A DNA stretch of 64,000 nucleotides from Auanema rhodensis (lineage: Eukaryota; Animalia; Nematoda), in contig OZ059896.1 in NCBI GenBank assembly GCA_964057225.1, positions 2,852,001-2,916,000 of the forward strand. The letters run 5' to 3'. Positions 1 through 15,000 of this stretch are shown here, one piece after another. Numbering within the stretch: position 1 is the first letter of the stretch; every line of letters starts with the position of its first letter. A program made the position numbers and the translations under genes. Under the pieces are notes generated by a model. The model ran no database searches, was not told the origin of the DNA, and saw only the letters and a list, made by a program, of their open reading frames with translations.

Positions 1-3000
1 GGAATCTAATTTCGAAAACCGCATCTATTTATCTTTCACGTGAAGCGAGTTACACACCAAGTGCACATCACGTGTACATTTAATTAGCATAAATTAAAGT
101 TCACGTAAATTTCAAAGTCATGGTTACCATGAACCAATATCAATAAAAATTTGTTTTTAGACTAATATGGACATGGGGAATCTAATTTCGAAAACCGCAT
201 CTATTTATCTTTCACGTGAAGCGAGTTACATACCAAGTGCACATCACGTGTACATTTAATTAGCATAAATTAAAGTTCACGTAAATTTCAAAGTCATGGT
301 TACCATGAACCAATATCAATAAAAATTTGTTTTTAGACTAATATGGACATGGGGAATCTAATTTTGAAAACCGCATCTCTTCATCTTTCACGTGAAGCGA
401 GTTACATACCAAGTGCACATCACGTGTACATTTAATTAGCAAAAATTAAAGTTAACGTAAATTTCCAAGTCATGGTTACCATGAACCAATATCAATAAAA
501 ATTTGTTTTTAGACTAATATGGACATGGGGAATCTAATTTTGTAAACCGCATCTCTTCATCTTTCACGTGAAGCGAGTTACATACCAAGTGCACATCACG
601 TGTACATTTAATTAGCATAAATTAAAGTTCACGTAAATTTCAAAGTCATGGTTACCATGAACCAATATCAATAAAAATTTGTTTTTAGACTAATATGGAC
701 ATGGGGAATCTAATTTCGAAAACCGCATCTATTTATCTTTCACGTGAAGCGAGTTACATACCAAGTGCACATCACGTGTACATTTAATTAGCATAAATTA
801 AAGTTCACGTAAATTTCAAAGTCATGGTTACCATGAACCAATATCAATAAAAATTTGTTTTTAGACTAATTTGGACATGGGGAATCTAATTTCGAAAACC
901 GCATCTATTTATCTTTCACGTGAAGCGAGTTACATACCAAGTGCACATCACGTGTACATTTAATTAGCATAAATTAAAGTTCACGTAAATTTCATAGTCA
1001 TGGTTACCATGAACCAATATCAATAAAAATTTGTTTTTAGACTAATTTGGACATGGGGAATCTAATTTTGAAAACCGCATCTATTTATCTTTCACGTGAA
1101 GCGAGTTACATACCAAGTGCACATCACGTGTACATTTAATTAGCATAAATTAAAGTTCACGTAAATTTCAAAGTCATGGTTACCATGAACCAATATCAAT
1201 AAAAATTTGTTTTTAGACTAATATGGACATGGGGAATCTAATTTTGGAAACCGCATCTCTTTATCTTTCACGTGAAGCGAGTTACATACCAAGTGCACAT
1301 CACGTGTACATTTAATTAGCATAAATTAAAGTTCACGTAAATTTCAAAGTCATGGTTACCATGAACCAATATCAATAAAAATTTGTTTTTAGACTAATAT
1401 GGACATGGGGAATCTAATTTCGAAAACCGCATCTATTTATCTTTCACGTGAAGCGAGTTACACACCAAGTGCACATCACGTGTACATTTAATTAGCATAA
1501 ATTAAAGTTCACGTAAATTTCAAAGTCATGGTTACCATGAACCAATATCAATAAAAATTTGTTTTTAGACTAATATGGACATGGGGAATCTAATTTCGGA
1601 AACCGCATCTATTTATCTTTCACGTGAAGCGAGTTACATACCAAGTGCACATCACGTGTACATTTAATTAGCATAAATTAAAGTTCACGTAAATTTCAAA
1701 GTCATGGTTACCATGAACCAATATCAATAAAAATTTGTTTTTAGACTAATATGGACATGGGGAATCTAATTTTGAAAACCGCATCTCTTTATCTTTCACG
1801 TGAAGCGAGTTACATACCAAGTGCACATCACGTGTACATTTAATTAGCATAAATTAAAGTTCACGTAAATTTCAAAGTCATGGTTACCAGGAACCAATAT
1901 CAATAAAAATTTGTTTTTAGACTAATATGGACATGGGGAATCTAATTTCGAAAACCGCATCTATTTATCTTTCACGTGAAGCGAGTTACATACCAAGTGC
2001 ACATCACGTGTACATTTAATTAGCATAAATTAAAGTTCACGTAAATTTCAAAGTCATGGTTACCATGAACCAATATCAATAAAAATTTGTTTTTAGACTA
2101 ATTTGGACATGGGGAATCTAATTTTGAAAACCGCATCTATTTATCTTTCACGTGAAGCGAGTTACATACCAAGTGCACATCACGTGTACATTTAATTAGC
2201 ATAAATTAAAGTTCACGTAAATTTCAAAGTCATGGTTACCATGAACCAATATCAATAAAAATTTGTTTTTAGACTAATATGGACATGGGGAATCTAATTT
2301 CGAAAACCGCATCTATTTATCTTTCACGTGAAGCGAGTTACATACCAAGTGCACATCACGTGTACATTTAATTAGCATAAATTAAAGTTCACGTAAATTT
2401 CAAAGTCATGGTTACCATGAACCAATATCAATAAAAATTTGTTTTTAGACTAATATGGACATGGGGAATCTAATTTTGAAAACCGCATCTCTTTATCTTT
2501 CACGTGAAGCGAGTTACATACCAAGTGCACATCACGTGTACATTTAATTAGCATAAATTAAAGTTCACGTAAATTTCAAAGTCATGGTTACCAGGAACCA
2601 ATATCAATAAAAATTTGTTTTTAGACTAATATGGACATGGGGAATCTAATTTCGAAAACCGCATCTATTTATCTTTCACGTGAAGCGAGTTACATACCAA
2701 GTGCACATCACGTGTACATTTAATTAGCATAAATTAAAGTTCACGTAAATTTCAAAGTCATGGTTACCATGAACCAATATCAATAAAAATTTGTTTTTAG
2801 ACTAATTTGGACATGGGGAATCTAATTTCGAAAACCGCATCTATTTATCTTTCACGTGAAGCGAGTTACATACCAAGTGCACATCACGTGTACATTTAAT
2901 TAGCATAAATTAAAGTTCACGTAAATTTCAAAGTCATGGTTACCATGAACCAATATCAATAAAAATTTGTTTTTAGACTAATATGGACATGGGGAATCTA

Positions 3001-6000
3001 ATTTCGAAAACCGCATCTATTTATCTTTCACGTGAAGCGAGTTACATACCAAGTGCACATCACGTGTACATTTAATTAGCATAAATTAAAGTTCACGTAA
3101 ATTTCAAAGTCATGGTTACCATGAACCAATATCAATAAAAATTTGTTTTTAGACTAATTTGGACATGGGGAATCTAATTTTGAAAACCGCATCTATTTAT
3201 CTTTCACGTGAAGCGAGTTACATACCAAGTGCACATCACGTGTACATTTAATTAGCATAAATTAAAGTTCACGTAAATTTCAAAGTCATGGTTACCATGA
3301 ACCAATATCAATAAAAATTTGTTTTTAGACTAATATGGACATGGGGAATCTAATTTCGAAAACCGCATCTATTTATCTTTCACGTGAAGCGAGTTACATA
3401 CCAAGTGCACATCACGTGTACATTTAATTAGCATAAATTAAAGTTCACGTAAATTTCAAAGTCATGGTTACCATGAACCAATATCAATAAAAATTTGTTT
3501 TTAGACTAATTTGGACATGGGGAATCTAATTTTGAAAACCGCATCTATTTATCTTTCACGTGAAGCGAGTTACATACCAAGTGCACATCACGTGTACATT
3601 TAATTAGCATAAATTAAAGTTCACGTAAATTTCAAAGTCATGGTTACCATGAACCAATATCAATAAAAATTTGTTTTTAGACTAATTTGGACATGGGGAA
3701 TCTAATTTCGAAAACCGCATCTATTTATCTTTCACGTGAAGCGAGTTACATACCAAGTGCACATCACGTGTACATTTAATTAGCATAAATTAAAGTTCAC
3801 GTAAATTTCAAAGTCATGGTTACCATGAACCAATATCAATAAAAATTTGTTTTTAGACTAATATGGACATGGGGAATCTAATTTCGAAAACCGCATCTAT
3901 TTATCTTTCACGTGAAGCGAGTTACATACCAAGTGCACATCACGTGTACATTTAATTAGCATAAATTAAAGTTCACGTAAATTTCAAAGTCATGGTTACC
4001 ATGAACCAATATCAATAAAAATTTGTTTTTAGACTAATATGGACATGGGGAATCTAATTTTGGAAACCGCATCTCTTTATCTTTCACGTGAAGCGAGTTA
4101 CATACCAAGTGCACATCACGTGTACATTTAATTAGCATAAATTAAAGTTCACGTAAATTTCAAAGTCATGGTTACCATGAACCAATATCAATAAAAATTT
4201 GTTTTTAGACTAATATGGACATGGGGAATCTAATTTCGAAAACCGCATCTATTTATCTTTCACGTGAAGCGAGTTACATACCAAGTGCACATCACGTGTA
4301 CATTTAATTAGCATAAATTAAAGTTCACGTAAATTTCAAAGTCATGGTTACCATGAACCAATATCATTAAAAATTTGTTTTTAGACTAATATGGACATGG
4401 GGAATCTAATTTTGAAAACCGCATCTCTTTATCTTTCACGTGAAGCGAGTTACATACCAAGTGCACATCATGTGTACATTTAATTAGCATAAATTAAAGT
4501 TCACGTAAATTTCAAAGTCATGGTTACCATGAACCAATATCAATAAAAATTTGTTTTTAGACTAATATGGACATGGGGAATCTAATTTCGAAAACCGCAT
4601 CTATTTATCTTTCACGTGAAGCGAGTTACATACCAAGTGCACATCACGTGTACATTTAATTAGCATAAATTAAAGTTCACGTAAATTTCAAAGTCATGGT
4701 TACCATGAACCAATATCAATAAAAATTTGTTTTTAGACTAATTTGGACATGGGGAATCTAATTTTGAAAACCGCATCTATTTATCTTTCACGTGAAGCGA
4801 GTTACATACCAAGTGCACATCACGTGTACATTTAATTAGCATAAATTAAAGTTCACGTAAATTTCAAAGTCATGGTTACCATGAACCAATATCAATAAAA
4901 ATTTGTTTTTAGACTAATATGGACATGGGGAATCTAATTTCGAAAACCGCATCTATTTATCTTTCACGTGAAGCGAGTTACATACCAAGTGCACATCACG
5001 TGTACATTTAATTAGCATAAATTAAAGTTCACGTAAATTTCAAAGTCATGGTTACCAATAACCAATATCAATAAAAATTTGTTTTTAGACTAATTTGGAC
5101 ATGGGGAATCTAATTTTGAAAACCGCATCTATTTATCTTTCACGTGAAGCGAGTTACATACCAAGTGCACATCACGTGTACATTTAATTAGCATAAATTA
5201 AAGTTCACGTAAATTTCAAAGTCATGGTTACCATGAACCAATATCAATAAAAATTTGTTTTTAGACTAATATGGACATGGGGAATCTAATTTTGGAAACC
5301 GCATCTCTTTATCTTTCACGTGAAGCGAGTTACATACCAAGTGCACATCACGTGTACATTTAATTAGCATAAATTAAAGTTCACGTAAATTTCAAAGTCA
5401 TGGTTACCATGAACCAATATCAATAAAAATTTGTTTTTAGACTAATATGGACATGGGGAATCTAATTTCAAAAACCGCATCTATTTATCTTTCACGTGAA
5501 GCGAGTTACATACCAAGTGCACATCACGTGTACATTTAATTAGCATAAATTAAAGTTCACGTAAATTTCAAAGTCATGGTTACCATGAACCAATATCAAT
5601 AAAAATTTATTTTTAGACTAATATGGACATGGGGAATCTAATTTCGAAAACCGCATCTATTTATCTTTCACGTGAAGCGAGTTACATACCAAGTGCACAT
5701 CACGTGTACATTAAATTAGCATAAATTAAAGTTCACGTAAATTTCAAAGTCATGGTTACCATGAACCAATATCAATAAAAATTTGTTTTTAGACTAATAT
5801 GGAAATGGGGAATCTAATTTTGGAAACCGCATCTATTTATCTTTCACGTGAAGCGAGTTACATACCAAGTGCACATCACGTGTACATTTAATTAGCATAA
5901 ATTAAAGTTCACGTAAATTTCAAAGTCATGGTTACCATGAACCAATATCAATAAAAATTTGTTTTTAGACTAATTTGGACATGGGGAATCTAATTTTGAA

Positions 6001-9000
6001 AACCGCATCTATTTATCTTTCACGTGAAGCGAGTTACATACCAAGTGCACATCACGTGTACATTTAATTAGCATAAATTAAAGTTCACGTAAATTTCAAA
6101 GTCATGGTTACCATGAACCAATATCAATAAAAATTTTTTTTAGACTAATTTGGACATGGGGAATTTAATTTTGAAAACCGCATCTATTTATCTTTCACGT
6201 GAAGCGAGTTACATACCAAGTGCACATCACGTGTACATTTAATTAGCATAAATTAAAGTTCACGTAAATTTCAAAGTCATGGTTACCATGAACCAATATC
6301 AATAAAAATTTGTTTTTAGACTAATATGGACATGGGGAATCTAATTTCGAAAACCGCATCTATTTATCTTTCATGTGAAGCGAGTTACATACCAAGTGCA
6401 CATCACGTGTACATTTAATTAGCATAAATTAAAGTTCACGTAAATTTCAAAGTCATGGTTACCATGAACCAATATCATTAAAAATTTGTTTTTAGACTAA
6501 TATGGACATGGGGAATCTAATTTTGAAAACCGCATCTCTTTATCTTTCACGTGAAGCGAGTTACATACCAAGGGCACATCATGTGTACATTTAATTAGCA
6601 TAAATTAAAGTTCACGTAAATTTCAAAGTCATGGTTACCATGAACCAATATCAATAAAAATTTGTTTTTAGACTAATATGGACATGGGGAATCTAATTTC
6701 GAAAACCGCATCTATTTATCTTTCACGTGAAGCGAGTTACATACCAAGTGCACATCACGTGTACATTAAATTAGCATAAATTAAAGTTCACGTAAATTTC
6801 AAAGTCATGGTTACCATGAACCAATATCAATAAAAATTTGTTTTTAGACTAATATGGACATGGGGAATCTAATTTTGGAAACCGCATCTATTTATCTTTC
6901 ACGTGAAGCGAGTTACATACCAAGTGCACATCACGTGTACATTTAATTAGCATAAATTAAAGTTCACGTAAATTTCAAAGTCATGGTTACCATGAACCAA
7001 TATCAATAAAAATTTGTTTTTAGACTAATATGGACATGGGGAATCTAATTTTGGAAACCGCATCTCTTTATCTTTCACGTGAAGCGAGTTACATACCAAG
7101 TGCACATCACGTGTACATTTAATTAGCATAAATTAAAGTTCACGTAAATTTCAAAGTCATGGTTACCATGAACCAATATCAATAAAAATTTGTTTTTAGA
7201 CTAATATGGACATGGGGAATCTAATTTCGAAAACCGCATCTATTTATCTTTCACGTGAAGCGAGTTACATACCAAGTGCACATCACGTGTACATTTAATT
7301 AGCATAAATTAAAGTTCACGTAAATTTCAAAGTCATGGTTACCATGAACCAATATCAATAAAAATTTATTTTTAGACTAATATGGACATGGGGAATCTAA
7401 TTTCGAAAACCGCATCTATTTATCTTTCACGTGAAGCGAGTTACATACCAAGTGCACATCACGTGTACATTAAATTAGCATAAATTAAAGTTCACGTAAA
7501 TTTCAAAGTCATGGTTACCATGAACCAATATCAATAAAAATTTGTTTTTAGACTAATATGGACATGGGGAATCTAATTTTGGAAACCGCATCTATTTATC
7601 TTTCACGTGAAGCGAGTTACATACCAAGTGCACATCACGTGTACATTTAATTAGCATAAATTAAAGTTCACGTAAATTTCAAAGTCATGGTTACCATGAA
7701 CCAATATCAATAAAAATTTGTTTTTAGACTAATATGGACATGGGGAATCTAATTTTGGAAACCGCATCTCTTTATCTTTTACGTGAAGCGAGTTACATAC
7801 CAAGTGCACATCACGTGTACATTTAATTAGCATAAATTAAAGTTCACGTAAATTTCAAAGTCATGGTTACCATGAACCAATATCAATAAAAATTTGTTTT
7901 TAGACTAATATGGACATGGGGAATCTAATTTCGAAAACCGCATCTATTTATCTTTCACGTGAAGCGAGTTACATACCAAGTGCACATCACGTGTACATTT
8001 AATTAGCATAAATTAAAGTTCACGTAAATTTCAAAGTCATGGTTACCATGAACCAATATCAATAAAAATTTGTTTTTAGACTAATATGGACATGGGGAAT
8101 CTAATTTCGAAAACCGCATCTATTCATCTTTCACGTGAAGCGAGTTACATACCGAGTGCACATCACGTGTACATTTAATTAGCATAAATTAAAGTTCACG
8201 TAAATTTCAAAGTCATGGTTACCATGAACCAATATCAATAAAAATTTGTTTGTGAACTAATATGGACATGGGGAATCTAATTTTGGAAACCGCATCTCTT
8301 CATCTTTCACGTGAAGCGAGTTACATACCAAGTGCACATCACGTGTACATTTAATTAGCATAAATTAAAGTTCACGTAAATTTCAAAGTCACGGTTACCA
8401 TGAACCAATATCAATAAAAATTTGTTTTTAGACTAATATGGACATGGGGAATCTAATTTTGAAAACCGCATCTCTTCATCTTTCACGTGAAGCGAGTTAC
8501 ATACCAAGTGCACATCACGTGTACATTTAATTAGCATAAATTAAAGTTCACGTAAATTTCAAAGTCATGGTTACCATGAACCAATGTCAATAAAAATTTG
8601 TTTTTAGACTAATATGGACATGGGGAATCTAATTTTGAAAACCGCATCTCTTTATTTTTCACGTGAAGCGAGTTACATACCAAGTGCACATCACGTGTAC
8701 ATTTAATTAGCATAAATTAAAGTTCACGTAAATTTCAAAGTCATGGTTACCATGAACCAATATCAATAAAAATTTGTTTTTAGACTAATATGGACATGGG
8801 GAATCTAATTTCGAAAACCGCATCTATTTATCTTTCACGTGAAGCGAGTTACATACCAAGTGCACATCACGTGTACAATTAATTAGCATAAATTAAAGTT
8901 CACGTAAATTTCAAAGTCATGGTTACCATGCACCAATATCAATAAAAATTTGTTTTTAGACTAATATGGACATGGGGAATCTAATTTTGAAAACCGCATC

Positions 9001-12000
9001 TCTTTATCTCTCACGTGAAGCGAGTTACATACCAAGGGCACATCACGTGTACATTTAATTAGCATTAATTAAAGTTCACGTAAATTTCAAAGTCATGGTT
9101 ACCATGAACCAATATCAATAAAAATTTGTTTGTGAACTAATATGGACATGGGGAATCTAATTTTGAAAACCGCATCTCTTCATCTTTCACGTGAAGCGAG
9201 TTACATACCAAGTGCACATCACGTGTACATTTAATTAGCATAAATTAAAGTTCACGTAAATTTCAAAGTCATGGTTACCATGAACCAATATCAATAAAAA
9301 TTTGTTTTTAGACTAATTTGGACATGGGGAATCTAATTTTGAAAACCGCATCTCTTTATCTTTCACGTGAAGCGAGTTACATACCAAGTGCACATCACGT
9401 GTACATTTAATTAGCATAAATTAAAGTTCACGTAAATTTCAAAGTCATGGTTACCATGAACCAATGTCAATAAAAATTTGTTTTTAGACTAATATGGACA
9501 TGGGGAATCTAATTTTGAAAACCGCATCTCTTTATTTTTCACGTGAAGCGAGTTACATACCAAGTGCACATCACGTGTACATTTAATTAGCATAAATTAA
9601 AGTTCACGTAAATTTCAAAGTCATGGTTACCATGAACCAATATCAATAAAAATTTGTTTTTAGACTAATTTGGACATGGGGAATCTAATTTTGAAAACCG
9701 CATCTATTTATCTTTCACGTGAAGCGAGTTACATACCAAGTGCACATCACGTGTACATTTAATTAGCATAAATTAAAGTTCACGTAAATTTCAAAGTCAT
9801 GGTTACCATGAACCAATATCAATAAAAATTTTTTTTAGACTAATTTGGACATGGGGAATTTAATTTTGAAAACCGCATCTATTTATCTTTCACGTGAAGC
9901 GAGTTACATACCAAGTGCACATCACGTGTACATTTAATTAGCATAAATTAAAGTTCACGTAAATTTCAAAGTCATGGTGACCATGAACCAATATCAATAA
10001 AAATTTGTTTTTAGACTAATATGGACATGGGGAATCTAATTTTGAAAACGGCATCTCTTTATCTTTCACGTGAAGCGAGTTACATACCAAGTGCACATCA
10101 CGTGTACATTTAATTAGCATAAATTAAAGTTCACGTAAATTTCAAAGTCATGGTTACCATGAACCAATATCAATAAAAATTTGTTTTTAGACTAATATGG
10201 ACATGGGGAATCTAATTTTGAAAACCGCATCTCTTTATATTTCACATGAAGCGAGTTACATACCAAGTGCACATCACGTGTACATTAAATTAGCATAAAT
10301 TAAAGTTCACGTAAATTTCAAAGTCATGGTTACCATGAACCAATATCAATAAAAATTTGTTTTTAGACTAATTTGGACATGGGGAATCTAATTTTGAAAA
10401 CCGCATCTCTTCATCTTTCACGTGAAGCGAGTTACATACCAAGTGCACATCACGTGTACATTTAATTAGCATAAATTAAAGTTCACGTAAATTTCAAAGT
10501 CATGGTTACCATGAACCAATGTCAATAAAAATTTGTTTTTAGACTAATATGGACATGGGGAATCTAATTTTGAAAACCGCATCTCTTCATCTTTCACATG
10601 AAGCGAGTTACATACCAAGTGCACATCACGTGTACATTAAATTAGCATAAATTAAAGTTCACGTAAATTTCAAAGTCATGGTTACCATGAACCAATATCA
10701 ATAAAAATTTGTTTTTAGACTAATTTGGACATGGGGAATCTAATTTTGAAAACCGCATCTCTTTATATTTCACATGAAGCGAGTTACATACCAAGTGCAC
10801 ATCACGTGTACATTAAATTAGCATAAATTAAAGTTCACGTAAATTTCAAAGTCATGGTTACCATGAACCAATATCAATAAAAATTTGTTTTTAGACTAAT
10901 TTGGACATGGGGAATCTAATTTTGAAAACCGCATCTCTTCATCTTTCACGTGAAGCGAGTTACATACCAAGAGCACATCACGTGTACATTTAATTAGCAT
11001 AAATTAAAGTTCACGTAAATTTCAAAGTCATGGTTACCATGAACCAATGTCAATAAAAATTTGTTTTTAGACTAATATGGACATGGGGAATCTAATTTTG
11101 AAAACCGCATCTCTTCATCTTTCACATGAAGCGAGTTACATACCAAGTGCACATCACGTGTACATTAAATTAGCATAAATTAAAGTTCACGTAAATTTCA
11201 AAGTCATGGTTACCATGAACCAATATCAATAAAAATTTGTTTTTAGACTAATTTGGACATGGGGAATCTAATTTTGAAAACCGCATCTCTTCATCTTTCA
11301 CGTGAAGCGAGTTACATACCAAGTGCACATCACGTGTACATTTAATTAGCATAAATTAAAGTTCACGTAAATTTCAAAGTCATGGTGACCATGAACCAAT
11401 ATCAATAAAAATTTGTTTTTAGACTAATATGGACATGGGGAATCTAATTTTGAAAACCGCATCTCTTTATCTTTCACGTGAAGCGAGTTACATACCAAGT
11501 GCACATCACGTGTACATTAAATTAGCATAAATTAAAGTTCACGTAAATTTCAAAGTCATGGTTACCATGAACCAATATCAATAAAAATTTGTTTTTAGAC
11601 TAATATGGACATGGGGAATCTAATTTCGAAAACCGCATCTATTCATCTTTCACGTGAAGCGAGTTACATACCAAGTGCACATCACGTGTACATTTAATTA
11701 GCATAAATTAAAGTTCACGTAAATTTCAAAGTCATGGTTACCATGAACCAATATCAATAAAAATTTGTTTGTGAACTAATATGGACATGGGGAATCTAAT
11801 TTTGGAAACCGCATCTCTTCATCTTTCACGTGAAGCGAGTTACATACCAAGTGCACATCACGTGTACAATTAATTAGCATAAATTAAAGTTCACGTAAAT
11901 TTCAAAGTCATGGTTACCATGCACCAATATCAATAAAAATTTGTTTTTAGACTAATATGGACATGGGGAATCTAACTTTGAAAACCGCATCTCTTTATCT

Positions 12001-15000
12001 CTCACGTGAAGCGAGTTACATACCAAGGGCACATCACGTGTACATTTAATTAGCATAAATTAAAGTTCACGTAAATTTCAAAGTCATGGTTACCATGCAC
12101 CAATATCAATAAAAATTTGTTTTTAGACTAATATGGACATGGGGAATCTAATTTTGAAAACCGCATCTCTTTATCTTTCACGTGAAGCGAGTTACATACC
12201 AAGTGCACATCACGTGTACATTTAATTAGCATTAATTAAAGTTCACGTAAATTTCAAAGTCATGGTTACCATGAACCAATGTCAATAAAAATTTGTTTTT
12301 AGACTAATATGGACATGGGGAATCTAATTTTGAAAACCGCATCTCTTTATTTTTCACGTGAAGCGAGTTACATACCAAGTGCACATCACGTGTACATTTA
12401 ATTAGCATAAATTAAAGTTCACGTAAATTTCAAAGTCATGGTTACCATGAACCAATATCAATAAAAATTTGTTTTTAGACTAATATGGACATGGGGAATC
12501 TAATTTCGAAAACCGCATCTATTTATCTTTCACGTGAAGCGAGTTACATACCAAGTGCACATCACGTGTACAATTAATTAGCATAAATTGAAGTTCACGT
12601 AAATTTCAAAGTCATGGTTACCATGAACCAATGTCAATAAAAATTTGTTTTTAGACTAATATGGACATGGGGAATCTAATTTTGAAAACCGCATCTCTTT
12701 ATTTTTCACGTGAAGCGAGTTACATACCAAGTGCACATCACGTGTACATTTAATTAGCATAAATTAAAGTTCACGTAAATTTCAAAGTCATGGTTACCAT
12801 GAACCAATATCAATAAAAATTTGTTTTTAGACTAATTTGGACATGGGGAATCTAATTTTGAAAACCGCATCTATTTATCTTTCACGTGAAGCGAGTTACA
12901 TACCAAGTGCACATCACGTGTACATTTAATTAGCATAAATTAAAGTTCACGTAAATTTCAAAGTCATGGTTACCATGAACCAATATCAATAAAAATTTTT
13001 TTTTAGACTAATTTGGACATGGGGAATTTAATTTTGAAAACCGCATCTATTTATCTTTCACGTGAAGCGAGTTACATACCAAGTGCACATCACGTGTACA
13101 TTTAATTAGCATAAATTAAAGTTCACGTAAATTTCAAAGTCATGGTGACCATGAACCAATATCAATAAAAATTTGTTTTTAGACTAATATGGACATGGGG
13201 AATCTAATTTTGAAAACCGCATCTCTTTATCTTTCACGTGAAGCGAGTTACATACCAAGTGCACATCACGTGTACATTTAATTAGCATAAATTAAAGTTC
13301 ACGTAAATTTCAAAGTCATGGTTACCATGAACCAATATCAATAAAAATTTGTTTTTAGACTAATTTGGACATGGGGAATCTAATTTTGAAAACCGCATCT
13401 ATTTATCTTTCACGTGAAGCGAGTTACATACCAAGTGCACATCACGTGTACATTTAATTAGCATAAATTAAAGTTCACGTAAATTTCAAAGTCATGGTTA
13501 CCATGAACCAATATCAATAAAAATTTTTTTTAGACTAATTTGGACATGGGGAATTTAATTTTGAAAACCGCATCTATTTATCTTTCACGTGAAGCGAGTT
13601 ACATACCAAGTGCACATCACGTGTACATTTAATTAGCATAAATTAAAGTTCACGTAAATTTCAAAGTCATGGTTACCATGAACCAATATCAATAAAAATT
13701 TGTTTTTAGACTAATTTGGACATGGGGAATCTAATTTTGAAAACCGCATCTATTTATCTTTCACGTGAAGCGAGTTACATACCAAGTGCACATCACGTGT
13801 ACATTTAATTAGCATAAATTAAAGTTCACGTAAATTTCAAAGTCATGGTTACCATGAACCAATATCAATAAAAATTTGTTTTTAGACTAATATGGACATG
13901 GGGAATCTAATTTTGGAAACCGCATCTCTTTATCTTTCACGTGAAGCGAGTTACATACCAAGTGCACATCACGTGTACATTTAATTAGCATAAATTAAAG
14001 TTCACGTAAATTTCAAAGTCATGGTTACCATGAACCAATATCAATAAAAATTTGTTTTTAGACTAATATGGACATGGGGAATCTAATTTCGAAAACCGCA
14101 TCTATTTATCTTTCACGTGAAGCGAGTTACATACCAAGTGCACATCACGTGTACATTTAATTAGCATAAATTAAAGTTCACGTAAATTTCAAAGTCATGG
14201 TTACCATGAACCAATATCAATAAAAATTTATTTTTAGACTAATATGGACATGGGGAATCTAATTTCGAAAACCGCATCTATTTATCTTTCACGTGAAGCG
14301 AGTTACATACCAAGTGCACATCACGTGTACATTAAATTAGCATAAATTAAAGTTCACGTAAATTTCAAAGTCATGGTTACCATGAACCAATATCAATAAA
14401 AATTTGTTTTTAGACTAATATGGACATGGGGAATCTAATTTTGGAAACCGCATCTATTTATCTTTCACGTGAAGCGAGTTACATACCAAGTGCACATCAC
14501 GTGTACATTTAATTAGCATAAATTAAAGTTCACGTAAATTTCAAAGTCATGGTTACCATGAACCAATATCAATAAAAATTTGTTTTTAGACTAATATGGA
14601 CATGGGGAATCTAATTTTGGAAACCGCATCTCTTTATCTTTTACGTGAAGCGAGTTACATACCAAGTGCACATCACGTGTACATTTAATTAGCATAAATT
14701 AAAGTTCACGTAAATTTCAAAGTCATGGTTACCATGAACCAATATCAATAAAAATTTGTTTTTAGACTAATATGGACATGGGGAATCTAATTTCGAAAAC
14801 CGCATCTATTTATCTTTCACGTGAAGCGAGTTACATACCAAGTGCACATCACGTGTACATTTAATTAGCATAAATTAAAGTTCACGTAAATTTCAAAGTC
14901 ATGGTTACCATGAACCAATATCAATAAAAATTTGTTTTTAGACTAATATGGACATGGGGAATCTAATTTCGAAAACCGCATCTATTCATCTTTCACGTGA

